Positions 40,551 to 49,874 of a stretch of 64,000 nucleotides of DNA are shown one piece after another. The notes beneath the pieces were generated by a model. It was not told where the DNA came from. It did not search any database and saw only the letters and a list, made by a program, of their open reading frames with translations. Source of the DNA: a virus; the IMG/VR virus record IMGVR_UViG_3300033508_000214, positions 1-64,000 of that record; one strand, written 5' to 3'. Position 1 is the stretch's first letter, and each line of letters starts with the position of its first letter. The position numbers and the translations under genes were made by a program.

Positions 40551-40657
40551 TTATATAATACTTATCTCGGGTCTTATATAATACTTATCTCGGGTCTTAT
40601 ATAATACTTATCTCGGGTCTTATATAATACTTATCTCAGGTCTTATATAATACTTAT
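40551..40657. repeat. 23-bp tandem repeat, about 4.6 copies
   Basis: ttatataatacttatctcgggtc at 40551, 40574, 40597, 40620 (one mismatch), partial at 40643. Confidence 0.95.
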
Positions 40658-41057
40658 ATTCGCGAATTTGCGCCAAGTGCTTACCTGAATTTATTTTTAT
40701 TTATGTAGGATACTACTACAAGTATAGCTGCGCCGATTTTTGCTCGCCCTTTCACAACCTCATTATACACCTATTTTTAAACTGTGCGCATAAACTTGAA
40801 AATATATTTTTTCGTTGTTTTTGATGTTTGTCAGCTTCGGGTAAGGAACCCGGTGTAGGAACCCCTTTGCTATGCTTTTCATAGCGCCAAATTTTACCAT
40901 AAAATCAAGGCAAAAAATTAGATGTTGCAGTCTAATTTTTAGCGGCAAACCTGGAGTATAATCCACGCTAGACTATAAAGGATTAATATGGATATTATTG
41001 ATATTATTGCTGTTATTATTACTATTATTAGTTTGCCATTATTTATTTGGAGTTAAT

Positions 41058-41213
41058 ATGAGCATTTATTTGGATATGATTAACGCACAGTATAATGAAA
41101 ATTATACTGACATTAGTTACCTGGGAAATAGTGATTATCTCTTGATTAAGGGTAATCGGTATGGTACGGCTAAAATTATCGATAACGTGATAATCGGATA
41201 TTATAGGGGCTAA
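41058..41213 (+). CDS. Small hypothetical protein
   Basis: RBS GGAG before ATG 41058. Confidence 0.5.
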   Translation: MSIYLDMINAQYNENYTDISYLGNSDYLLIKGNRYGTAKIIDNVIIGYYRG

Positions 41214-41214
41214 T

Positions 41215-41553
41215 ATGGAAATTCAAATATATGCTGAAACCCTTTGGATTTCATATAAAAAGATATTCCCTGAGTTAAGGGGTGAATGTCCTAAAATTAT
41301 ATTATCTAATAGGCTGACTAAAACAGCTGGATATAATATAAGCGAACATAATACTATTACACTAGGTAATAAGTTTTTCAAGCGTAACATGGATAGTATG
41401 CTGAAAATTACATTACCCCACGAATTAGCACATCAAATTGATTATAACCTGCATGGTTGGTCAAAAAATAGAAAACATCACAATAGTAATTGGTGCGCTA
41501 TTATGATGATTATCGGTTTAGACCCTGACCCTTATCATTACATGGAGATATAA
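41215..41553 (+). CDS. SprT-like zinc metalloprotease
   Basis: SNRLTKTAG..HELAH..HHNSNW motif set. Confidence 0.8.
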   Translation: MEIQIYAETLWISYKKIFPELRGECPKIILSNRLTKTAGYNISEHNTITLGNKFFKRNMDSMLKITLPHELAHQIDYNLHGWSKNRKHHNSNWCAIMMIIGLDPDPYHYMEI

Positions 41554-41723
41554 TATGATATACATTGTTTTGCCATATATTGCCCCGATTACTAAATTTG
41601 ATCTGGTCGATGAGATGGAATACGAGGATAATGAAGATTTATTTATTACCCTAGAAGATGCGGGCTTAGAAAATAAACTAGAATACGATACTGTACCTGG
41701 TGCATTAAAAGAGTATTTTGATA

Positions 41724-41939
41724 ATGAATGTTAATTATATTTCCTGGTTTGCCACCGTATTATCTATTATTGGTGCATTTACGGTGGCAAATGGTATTAC
41801 CCTTTTCGGATACTGTGCATTTATATTAGGTTCTATTGGCTGGGGCTATATTGGAATTACTAATAAAGATAACGCACTTATTACAATGCAGGGTGTTTTT
41901 TTAATGGCTAATATAATGGGATTATATAATGCAATATGA
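41724..41939 (+). CDS. Small membrane protein
   Basis: Three hydrophobic segments. Confidence 0.6.
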   Translation: MNVNYISWFATVLSIIGAFTVANGITLFGYCAFILGSIGWGYIGITNKDNALITMQGVFLMANIMGLYNAI

Positions 41940-42093
41940 TATTTATGTGATAATGTTTAGACCACCTTTCTCGGATAAGTATTATTCGACTAAAGCATTT
42001 AATACCTTAGAAGATGCGGATATTTATATATTTGAAAATTCGGAGCTTAACCCGGATGCTTATTATGTTGCAGTAATAACTGTTAATTAAAAT

Positions 42094-42273
42094 AACCCGG
42101 TCAGATATAATATCTGACCGGGTTATTTTTTGGATCTTAACCTTACACCAAACTGACAGGCCTGGATGCTATGATTTTCATAGCGCTAAATTTTACCATA
42201 AAATCAAGGCAAAAAATTAGATGTTGCACCCTAATTTTCGCTAAAAACCTGGAGTATAATTACCGCATGGCAG
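42094..42273 (+). repeat. Composite intergenic unit (hairpin, CTTAC-N6-CTGAC box, palindrome, promoter)
   Basis: Near-identical to 43650-43845; partial or variant copies at 40869-40961, 45449-45775 and 46314-46445. Confidence 0.9.
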
Positions 42274-42401
42274 GGAAACACTGTCAGGGTTAACTGTAGG
42301 TGATAATTTTATATACTATTAACTTTATTTTATGAGATACTACATTATGCTATACATTGATGGGGTTTATTTTTGGTTATATGATAAGGAGGTTAATTAA
42401 T

Positions 42402-42866
42402 ATGAAAAGAATTGCAATATATGATATGGACGGTACTATTGTTTGCAGTTTGCACCGATATAAAACAATAGATGGTAAAATAGACTTGCAATATTGGCGG
42501 GATAATGAATATAGGGCAATGGACGATTCATTATTGCCATTATCTGCACAATATAAAAAGGATTTAGCAGATAATGATTGTTTTGTTATTATAGCAACTG
42601 CTAGAATACTGCGGGAACCTGATTTGTGTTTTATTAATACTATTCTCGGTAAACCAGATTATATTATATCTCGCAAAGAAAATGATTCTCGATCTGGTGC
42701 ATTATTGAAAGTTTTAGGTTTAAATAAGCTATTTAGTCTAAAACAATTTAGTAAAATCAAATCAGATATGATAGTATTTTACGAGGATAATATATCTTAT
42801 CTCAAAGCCGTTTGTGATAAGTTTAATTGTACAGGTATTTATATTCCAAGCAAACAAGGACATTAA
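42402..42866 (+). CDS. HAD-superfamily phosphatase
   Basis: AIYDMDGT motif I, IIATAR motif II, K, FYEDN motif IV; RBS AAGGAGG before ATG 42402. Confidence 0.85.
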   Translation: MKRIAIYDMDGTIVCSLHRYKTIDGKIDLQYWRDNEYRAMDDSLLPLSAQYKKDLADNDCFVIIATARILREPDLCFINTILGKPDYIISRKENDSRSGALLKVLGLNKLFSLKQFSKIKSDMIVFYEDNISYLKAVCDKFNCTGIYIPSKQGH

Positions 42867-42944
42867 TTATATTAGTTTGTAGATTCTAATTAAAAATCTA
42901 CTTGTTTACTCAGACAATACTCTGAATTACTTTTGAAAGTTATT

Positions 42945-43643
42945 ATGGCTAAAAAACAATACTTTGCTATTATTGATACTGAAACAACTATTAATGATAC
43001 TGTTGCTGACTGCGCGATTATTATTTGTGACCGTGAAGGGGTTATCTTTAATCAAATGGCCGTATTAATTAAAGATCATTTTGACACTAAAGAATTATTT
43101 TATGATATTACAGCTAAAGGGTTATGGTCATTAGAATATGCAAAAGAAAAACGTATTAAGTATAATGAGATGCTTAATGCTGGTTTCCGCAGTATGGCAT
43201 CCGTTAATGCTATTAATAAATGGATAAACCAAGCGATTGGTAAATATAATCCAATACTAACAGCATATAATCTGCCATTTGATGCAAATAAATGTGATAA
43301 TACTGGAATTGACTTAACTGGATTTGCAGATAGATTTGATTTGTGGGCGGCTTCAGTTGGCAATATCTGTAATAGAAAATTATATAAGCAGTTTTGTGTT
43401 GAGAATCATTTATTTAATAATCGCACAGATTATGGTAATATGACATTCAAAACGTCGGCTGAAACAGTTACGGGTTATTTAAATAATAATATGACCGACG
43501 AGCCACATACTGCGCTGGAAGATATTATCGGATACGAGTTACCTATTTTGAAACACATTCTAAGGATTAAAAAATGGCGTGATAATATCAAGCCTTATGA
43601 TTGGCGCGTGCATCAGGTTAAGGATAACTATATTGCAAAATAA
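42945..43643 (+). CDS. DEDDh 3'-5' exonuclease
   Basis: IIDTETT, AYNLPFD, HTALED motifs. Confidence 0.85.
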   Translation: MAKKQYFAIIDTETTINDTVADCAIIICDREGVIFNQMAVLIKDHFDTKELFYDITAKGLWSLEYAKEKRIKYNEMLNAGFRSMASVNAINKWINQAIGKYNPILTAYNLPFDANKCDNTGIDLTGFADRFDLWAASVGNICNRKLYKQFCVENHLFNNRTDYGNMTFKTSAETVTGYLNNNMTDEPHTALEDIIGYELPILKHILRIKKWRDNIKPYDWRVHQVKDNYIAK

Positions 43644-43649
43644 TTAGAA

Positions 43650-43845
43650 AACCCTGCCAGATACTATATCTGGCAGGGTTTTCTTTTGGATCTTAACCTT
43701 ACACCAAACTGACAGGCCTGGGTTGGGCCAGGATGCTATGATTTTCATAGCGCCAAATTTTACCATAAAATCAAGGCAAAAAATTAGATGTTGCAGTCTA
43801 ATTTTCACTAAAAACCTGGAGTATAATTACCGCATGGCAGGAAAA
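43650..43845 (+). repeat. Composite intergenic unit, second full copy
   Basis: Same elements and order as 42094-42273. Confidence 0.9.
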
Positions 43846-44085
43846 CAGGGTGCTGGCAGGTGAAAAAGAATTTAAGGCAACAAAAAATAAACTTGCAAAG
43901 ATCGTAAAAACCATGTTATACTGTAGGCTTGAAAGGGAAAAGCGGGAAACAGGCAAAAACGCAAAGCGCGCTGCAAAAATAAATTTTGCAAAATGCGAAA
44001 ATAAGCGCAAAACACTGTTACAATGTAGGCTAGACTGTAGCGAAACAGGACAAAATCGCAAATCTTTAATTTTTTAGGATTATAT

Positions 44086-44430
44086 ATGGCTACCGAAAAA
44101 ACCGTTAATTATACTAATGAGCAAACTGCTATGGTAATTGAACAGTATCTTGAAAATCCAACAACGGATACTGTTGCGAAACTCGCAGAAACTCTTGGAA
44201 AAACAGTTCGTAGCATTACTATGAAACTGGTTCGTGAAAAAGTATATGTTAAAAAAGAATATACTACTAAAACTGGTGGCAAAGTAGTAAAAAAGGATAG
44301 TCTGATTGACAAACTATCCGAGTTTGTCGAATTTACGGAAAATGAGCAAACTAGTTTTGAACACGTTAATAAGACAGCATTAGTTAAACTTATTAATAAG
44401 CTCCAAGGATATTTGCCAGTTACTGAATAA
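44086..44430 (+). CDS. T5 A2-like DNA-binding protein (paralogue 1)
   Basis: YTNEQT..LAETLGKTVRSITMKLVREKVY..KKDSLI..SFEHVNKTAL architecture like T5 A2. Confidence 0.65.
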   Translation: MATEKTVNYTNEQTAMVIEQYLENPTTDTVAKLAETLGKTVRSITMKLVREKVYVKKEYTTKTGGKVVKKDSLIDKLSEFVEFTENEQTSFEHVNKTALVKLINKLQGYLPVTE

Positions 44431-44529
44431 GTAATTAATAACCCTGCGGGGTTATTAATAAAGGGTTTAACCCTTTATTAATAATCGTCGATTATTAACC
44501 TGGTGTAACTTAACTTTTTAGGATATTAT

Positions 44530-44826
44530 ATGGCTTCCAATACCAAACTTTTCCCGGAACAAAAACAATACGTTAAACAATGGTGCAAAGATAATGATAC
44601 AGCTGAATTTTTTGATAATGAAAAAATCACGATTTTGGCAAAGCCTGATTTTAAAGGGTCAAGAATGTTTGTGGTTTCTATTTCCACAATGGCACCTAAT
44701 GAAAAGAAGTTTAGGTCATCGGTGGGTAGGTATTATGCCATTAGTAATATGGAAAATGGGCAGTATGTATTGATGGATTATAATACTATGTGGAGTTTTT
44801 TGGAAGCTAATGATTGTGTTTGTTAA
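44530..44826 (+). CDS. Hypothetical protein
   Basis: 98 aa with RBS. Confidence 0.6.
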   Translation: MASNTKLFPEQKQYVKQWCKDNDTAEFFDNEKITILAKPDFKGSRMFVVSISTMAPNEKKFRSSVGRYYAISNMENGQYVLMDYNTMWSFLEANDCVC

Positions 44827-45198
44827 TACTAATTAGTATTAATAACCCCTTTCGGGGGTTATTAATAAGGGCTGAACCCTTATTAACAATCTTTTTAACT
44901 AGGAGTATATATGAATCTCGCAGAAATTAATGCTTTTCGGGTTTCTCACGGTTTGGCGGCAATTGAAGTTAATAAACCTAAAAAGAAAAACAATAATAAG
45001 GCACTGCGTGCGCAGGAAAACAGGGATATTAAGTCAATGCGTACTGGTGGAAAAAAGGTAAGTAAATGAAAATCTGGCAAGTTTTCTATACTAACGGGTC
45101 TAATATGATTATATTGTCTCCTAATCGGAGACATATATGGAACAAGTATGTTTGTGTCGCTAAAATATATGAGATAGTTATTTATTAAGGAGTTAATT

Positions 45199-45441
45199 AT
45201 GTTGGCTGGTCTGGTTATTTTGGAAGATATTACTATTTGTTATTCTCAAAATGAGGATAATACTATTTCCTATAAGATCACGAATACTTATTCTGGCGAA
45301 TCTGAGGATATTATAGGTATTTCTTCTGTGAAGTTTTTCAAGGCATTATCTATTGCCGTACATAATGACGGCACCCCGGATTATGAGGAGGATTATCCTG
45401 ATGCCGAGGATATAATGCTTGATATTCGCTGGATTCCTTAA
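45199..45441 (+). CDS. Acidic hypothetical protein
   Basis: 80 aa; RBS AAGGAG; D/E-rich C-terminus. Confidence 0.6.
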   Translation: MLAGLVILEDITICYSQNEDNTISYKITNTYSGESEDIIGISSVKFFKALSIAVHNDGTPDYEEDYPDAEDIMLDIRWIP

Positions 45442-45826
45442 TTTAAGAAACCCGGTCAGATATTATCTGACCGGGTTTCTTTTGGATCTCAACCTTACAC
45501 CAAACTGACGGACCTGGTGGCCCTGGCCGTGCTATCATTTTGATAGCATGGTGCGCCGATTTTAGCTTACAATACTTACAACACCCTTACAAAAATAAAT
45601 ATATATTTTCGTTGTTTTTCGGTGTTTGTCAGTCTTATGTAAGTTTTGTTGTGTATCATTAGGTGTGGGCGCCGATTTTTGCTATAGATTTTGTAGCTAA
45701 AAATATATTTCAAATTAGGTTCAAGACTCTAATTTTTGGCTGTAAACCTGGTGTATAATTACCGCATGGCAGGAAGTTAGACTGCTATCATTGACCAGAT
45801 TGTTTCTATTATCTAAGGATTATATT

Positions 45827-46030
45827 ATGCGCACCATTACTATTGAAGTTACTTATTCTGCTGAGTATCTTATTACGGATGCAGAATTTGACTTGGTACA
45901 TTATCTGTATAACCTGTCAGAACCTAAAAAGGTTACCGCAGTTAAGTTTATTAAAAATCAACATAATCTGTCACTGAAAATCGCAAAGGATATTTGCGAT
46001 AAGATCGGACATAATCCGATTCAATACTAA
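45827..46030 (+). CDS. Small protein with ribosomal L7/L12 C-terminal-like motif
   Basis: KKVTAVKFIKNQHNLSLKIAKDICD resembles the bL12 KIxVIKxVR..GLGLKEAKDLVE pattern. Confidence 0.5.
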   Translation: MRTITIEVTYSAEYLITDAEFDLVHYLYNLSEPKKVTAVKFIKNQHNLSLKIAKDICDKIGHNPIQY

Positions 46031-46121
46031 AATAACCTGCCAGATAATATCTGGCAGGTTATAAATATAATAGTATCGAACTAGTTACTATTATATTTAT
46101 TGGTAACTAAGGAGTTATATA

Positions 46122-46310
46122 ATGGCTGGTATGATTTTCACTTATGAATCTCGCAAAAATGGTTGGCTTATTGAAATTGAGGGAAAAACAATTAAACTAT
46201 GGTTATCTGATGGATTTTCTAATTTTACAGGAGATTTTGATGAATTAAATGAGGCTTATCCAGAAGTTATTGCCGAACTAATTGAAAAGAAAATTATTAC
46301 TAAAAAATAA
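46122..46310 (+). CDS. Hypothetical protein
   Basis: 62 aa; RBS AAGGAG. Confidence 0.6.
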   Translation: MAGMIFTYESRKNGWLIEIEGKTIKLWLSDGFSNFTGDFDELNEAYPEVIAELIEKKIITKK

Positions 46311-46850
46311 AAGAAACCCGGTCAGATATTATCTGACCGGGTTTCTTTTGGATCTCAACCTTACACCAAACTGACGGACCTGGTGGCGGCTACCCTGGCT
46401 TACACCAAACTGACAACGCTATGATTTTCATAGCGCCGATTTTTGCTCGCCCTTTCACAACCTCATTATACTCTTTTCTGACCCTAGGAGTAGCAAATCG
46501 CAAAATATATTTTTTTCGTTGTTTTTTCGCACTCACAAATTGATAGCTGTTGTTTTTTCGCACTCACAAATTGATAGCGCTATCATTCTGGTAGCTTGCT
46601 ATGATTTTTGTAGCATTCCCCCTTCGTGGCGCCACAGTGGCCTTGTCAACAGTGAAAAACTGATTGTGTTTCTGCGCCACAGTGGCCGCTCGACTGCGCC
46701 ATTCTACTACAGTGCCCGGTCGATTGTCAAGCCCAGATTTCCGCGCTTCGGGTCAGGAAATCCATAAATTTAAAAAATTTTGTGTTGCAAAAATTTGCAC
46801 TTGTAATTTATTTACAATTATTGTATAATATAGTAAATTAGGAGAAAAAT

Positions 46851-47516
46851 ATGACTTGTGGAATTTACTTACTTACATTTGGGGAAAATTTATACTATGT
46901 TGGTCAGTCTATAGATATAGAAAGAAGATATGAAGAGCATTTATTAAATATTAAAAAAGGCTCTGCTAGTACAAAAATGCAAGATGCGTATAGTGCTTTT
47001 GGACTACCAAAACATTCTATTCTAAAAGTATGTAATAGTTATGAGCTGGATGAATATGAAAAATTTTATATAATTCAATTTAATTCATACTATAAAGGTT
47101 TAAACTATAATAGTGGGGGAGCTGGAGTAAAATATGGTGTATTTGAAGAAAGTATGTTTTATACTTTAAAAGGAATACTTAAAGCTTATTGTATAAATAA
47201 AGTTTCGGTAGATAGACTAGCGTCGTATCTAAATACTAGTCCATCAATAGTAATTGATTTATTAGCTGGTAATAAATATACAATGATTAGAGATGTATTT
47301 CCAGAATTGTATGATATAGCTATTAATAAGTATAAAGATGCTAATAAAATTATTAATACGTACCCTACAATAGTTAATGATAAAGGTGAAGAAGTAACTA
47401 TACCTTACCGTGGGGCATCTAAGTTTGCTAAAGAAAATAACTTAAATCCTGCAAATTTGTCTAAACTGCTGAAGGGTTCCGCCCATCGTTGTGGCACGTG
47501 GAAAAGAGCATATTAG
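46851..47516 (+). CDS. GIY-YIG homing endonuclease
   Basis: MTCGIY..YVGQSIDIERRY; own promoter TTGTAA-N17-TATAAT at 46801-46829. Confidence 0.85.
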   Translation: MTCGIYLLTFGENLYYVGQSIDIERRYEEHLLNIKKGSASTKMQDAYSAFGLPKHSILKVCNSYELDEYEKFYIIQFNSYYKGLNYNSGGAGVKYGVFEESMFYTLKGILKAYCINKVSVDRLASYLNTSPSIVIDLLAGNKYTMIRDVFPELYDIAINKYKDANKIINTYPTIVNDKGEEVTIPYRGASKFAKENNLNPANLSKLLKGSAHRCGTWKRAY

Positions 47517-47683
47517 GATCAGATAAACAGTGTTGAACTCGTTACCTAAATAGCTTATAATTGATATATCAGAAAATAAATGTATACCAACATACATTGA
47601 ACTTTCGCAAATGAAAATTTGATCTTGCGCGTTAGCTAAAAACGCTTTATAATTTATACATAAACCAACGAAAAGGAACTGTT

Positions 47684-47998
47684 ATGACTACTGAAAAATC
47701 TGTTGTGTCTTACACTGCTGAACAAACTGCTACTGCTATTGCGGATTACGCAGCAGGTGATACCATTGAAGCTATTGCGGATACCTTGGGCAAGACTGTC
47801 AAGTCTGTAATTGCTAAGCTGGCTAAGGAGGGTGTGTACAAAACTCCTGTTAAGGCTAAAACGACCCGAGTTACTAAAGCTATGCTGATTTCTGCTATTG
47901 CTGTTAAGTTCCGTGTAGAAGGTGAAGCTCTTGCCTCCCTGGAAAAAGCTGATAAGGCAACTCTGGAAATCTTGGCAGGTACGGAAATTTCGGCTTGA
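47684..47998 (+). CDS. T5 A2-like DNA-binding protein (paralogue 2)
   Basis: YTAEQT..IADTLGKTVKSVIAKLAKEGVY..SLEKADKATL; own promoter at about 47626-47653. Confidence 0.65.
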   Translation: MTTEKSVVSYTAEQTATAIADYAAGDTIEAIADTLGKTVKSVIAKLAKEGVYKTPVKAKTTRVTKAMLISAIAVKFRVEGEALASLEKADKATLEILAGTEISA

Positions 47999-48023
47999 CC
48001 CTAAGTTCAGCGTATGTTATAAT
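47995..48023 (+). promoter_or_regulatory. Sigma70 promoter for the hammerhead-containing ncRNA
   Basis: TTGACC-N17-TATAAT with no downstream ORF. Confidence 0.75.
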
Positions 48024-48027
48024 TATT

Positions 48028-48177
48028 GTATGTTAAGGGAACTCTCTGATGAGTCTGACCCTAGGTTTAGCGAGTGCTATTCCTGAATACAGACGAAACC
48101 CTAGACCATCAATCGTATGTTGCTGAAACATTCTCAGCCTTCACCATACGCTCAACCTAGGGTAAGAGCTTGCATAC
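48028..48177 (+). ncRNA. Type I hammerhead ribozyme
   Basis: CUGAUGA (48046-52), stem II GUCUG/CAGAC, GAAA (48095-98), stem III CCCUAG/CUAGGG, GUA cleavage triplet (after 48164), stem I CUCU/AGAG extended by GUAUGU-UAAG/CUU-GCAUAC. Confidence 0.8.
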
Positions 48178-48507
48178 GTGTAAGACTAGCCATCTAGTAA
48201 GGCTATAAACTAGAAAGTCGTTGCTCCTGACTATAAATTCGGGCCGCCAGATTAGGGCGTTGTACTAGAATCCCTGAGGCTAAACAGGTAGAAACGTAGC
48301 AACCTCTGCTAGAGGGTTTCTAGTGCACAAAGAAGTGTTTAAAATACAGCTATAATTTAATACGAGTGGTAAATTAGTCCACACTAAGAATGCTTTGTTA
48401 AAAGTAAATGAGAGTAATAATTCGTAATCTCTCTAGCGTCTAATAAAAACTTATAGACAATCTTTCTGGTTTGGTCGACTAGAAAGGCTCTCATAGACCA
48501 TAAGTTC

Positions 48508-48546
48508 AAAAGCCCTGTAACATTGCTGTTACAGGGCTTTTGTTTT
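48508..48546. terminator. Bidirectional intrinsic terminator
   Basis: aaaagccctgtaaca-ttgc-tgttacagggcttttgtttt between convergent units. Confidence 0.85.
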
Positions 48547-48928
48547 ACTGCTTATACTCTAATAAGGAATTTGTATAGTCAGTATAATTTTTACTAGCTA
48601 TACTATTATTATTTATTAGTTTCTTAAATTTAAGCCCTGGAATACCTAAAGTATTAATTAATTTGAAGTCTTTAAAGCCCCAGTCTTGTACATCCTTATC
48701 TAATAAGTAACTAGGATCTTGTTTAACAACTAAAGAATTAAAATAAGACTTAAAGGATCCGGTTTTTGGTTTATTAGGAAACCAAGTTTTCAAATCTTTT
48801 TTAAATTGTGCGGAAGATTTTACAAATAGCTCTTCTATATCTTCGATTGGCTCGTTCATTAATAGGTTTAATAAATAATCAGAATTATATAGCTCTGGAA
48901 TATTAAAATTTGTAGGGTCAATTTTCAT
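48545..48928 (-). CDS. Hypothetical protein
   Basis: 127 aa behind a consensus promoter. Confidence 0.6.
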   Translation of the reverse strand: MKIDPTNFNIPELYNSDYLLNLLMNEPIEDIEELFVKSSAQFKKDLKTWFPNKPKTGSFKSYFNSLVVKQDPSYLLDKDVQDWGFKDFKLINTLGIPGLKFKKLINNNSIASKNYTDYTNSLLEYKQ

Positions 48929-48963
48929 AATAAACTTTCTGTTAAAAATTTATTTCACTAAAG

Positions 48964-49357
48964 GCGCCAAATTATACTTCAGTGATAGTGTGACTGTCAA
49001 TACTATTTTTCTGACCCTAAGTGTAGCATATTGTGCAAGTCTGTATTTTAACAAAAAGTTTCGTTAAAAATTTATAGCAAAAAATTTCGTTATAAATTTT
49101 TTGTATTTTAGTGCTAGACGTGTATATTTTCGAAGCTCCACTACATTTGATAAAATTTCATCAATTCTAGAAGGATTTGCTCAAGTGTTATATGTACGCA
49201 GTAGTCTGCTACATAGGCCCTATTTGCTAAAATATACTATAGCTAAAAAGTTTATAGTACTATCACAGTGGCGACTTTTTCGAAGCTTTTGCGCCAAATT
49301 ATACTTCAGTGCTAGTGTGACTGTCAACACTATTTTTCTGACCCTAGGTTGAGCATA
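48964..49357 (-). promoter_or_regulatory. Duplicated ~66-bp promoter unit
   Basis: Copies at 48964-49030 and 49291-49357; each has minus-strand TTGACA-N18-TATAAT with a TGACCCTARG box upstream. Confidence 0.8.
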
Positions 49358-49443
49358 CGTATCGATTTATGTATATTCGATCACTGGACCGCTCACTTGG
49401 TTAGTCAATGTGTCATTCAGTGGGTTAGTCAGTAACCACAAAC

Positions 49444-49482
49444 AAAAAAGCCCCTAAGCTTCAACAGCTTAGGGGCTTTTTT
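49444..49482 (-). terminator. Intrinsic terminator
   Basis: aaaaaagcccctaagct-tcaac-agcttaggggctttttt. Confidence 0.85.
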
Positions 49483-49520
49483 GTTTTCTATTCAACTTAC
49501 CGTCTGTTCGTCTAGCCTGC

Positions 49521-49874
49521 TCAACTTACTGTCTGTTCGTCTAGTCTGCTCAACTTAGGTTCAAGAGCGTCTAGAATCATGATTAATACGTTTTTATTGA
49601 CTTTTTCAAGGCTTTCTAGAAATTCTAGGTCTTTTCCTAGAATTTGTGCGATTTTTTCGATATATTTGGACTTTCTAATAGGGGTGCGGCCCTGTTTAGT
49701 CACATATTCCTTGCGTTTGTAGACTCCTAAGGCTGATAACTTGGATATAATGCTGCGCTCAGGTATTTCTTCTCCGAGTTGGGCACCCAAAGTCGTAGCT
49801 ATGGTTTTTGGATCCATTTTTTGGTCTACGTACATCTGCCGCGCCAATTCGGTAATTTCTTGATTGTATTTCAT
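49521..49874 (-). CDS. T5 A2-like DNA-binding protein (paralogue 3)
   Basis: Likely start MKYNQE; RSIISKLSALGVYKRKEYVTKQG..RKSKYI..SLEKVNKNVL aligns with 44086..44430. Confidence 0.65.
   Translation of the reverse strand: MKYNQEITELARQMYVDQKMDPKTIATTLGAQLGEEIPERSIISKLSALGVYKRKEYVTKQGRTPIRKSKYIEKIAQILGKDLEFLESLEKVNKNVLIMILDALEPKLSRLDEQTVS

Noticed and set aside
40551-40657. CRISPR array
   Set aside because: The repeats are contiguous with no spacers, and no cas genes are present.
43798-44077. ORFs 43850..44077 (+) and 43798..44061 (-)
   Set aside because: The region looks like tandem promoter-like repeats (TTGCAAA..TGTTA.A.TGTAGGCT twice) with no RBS.
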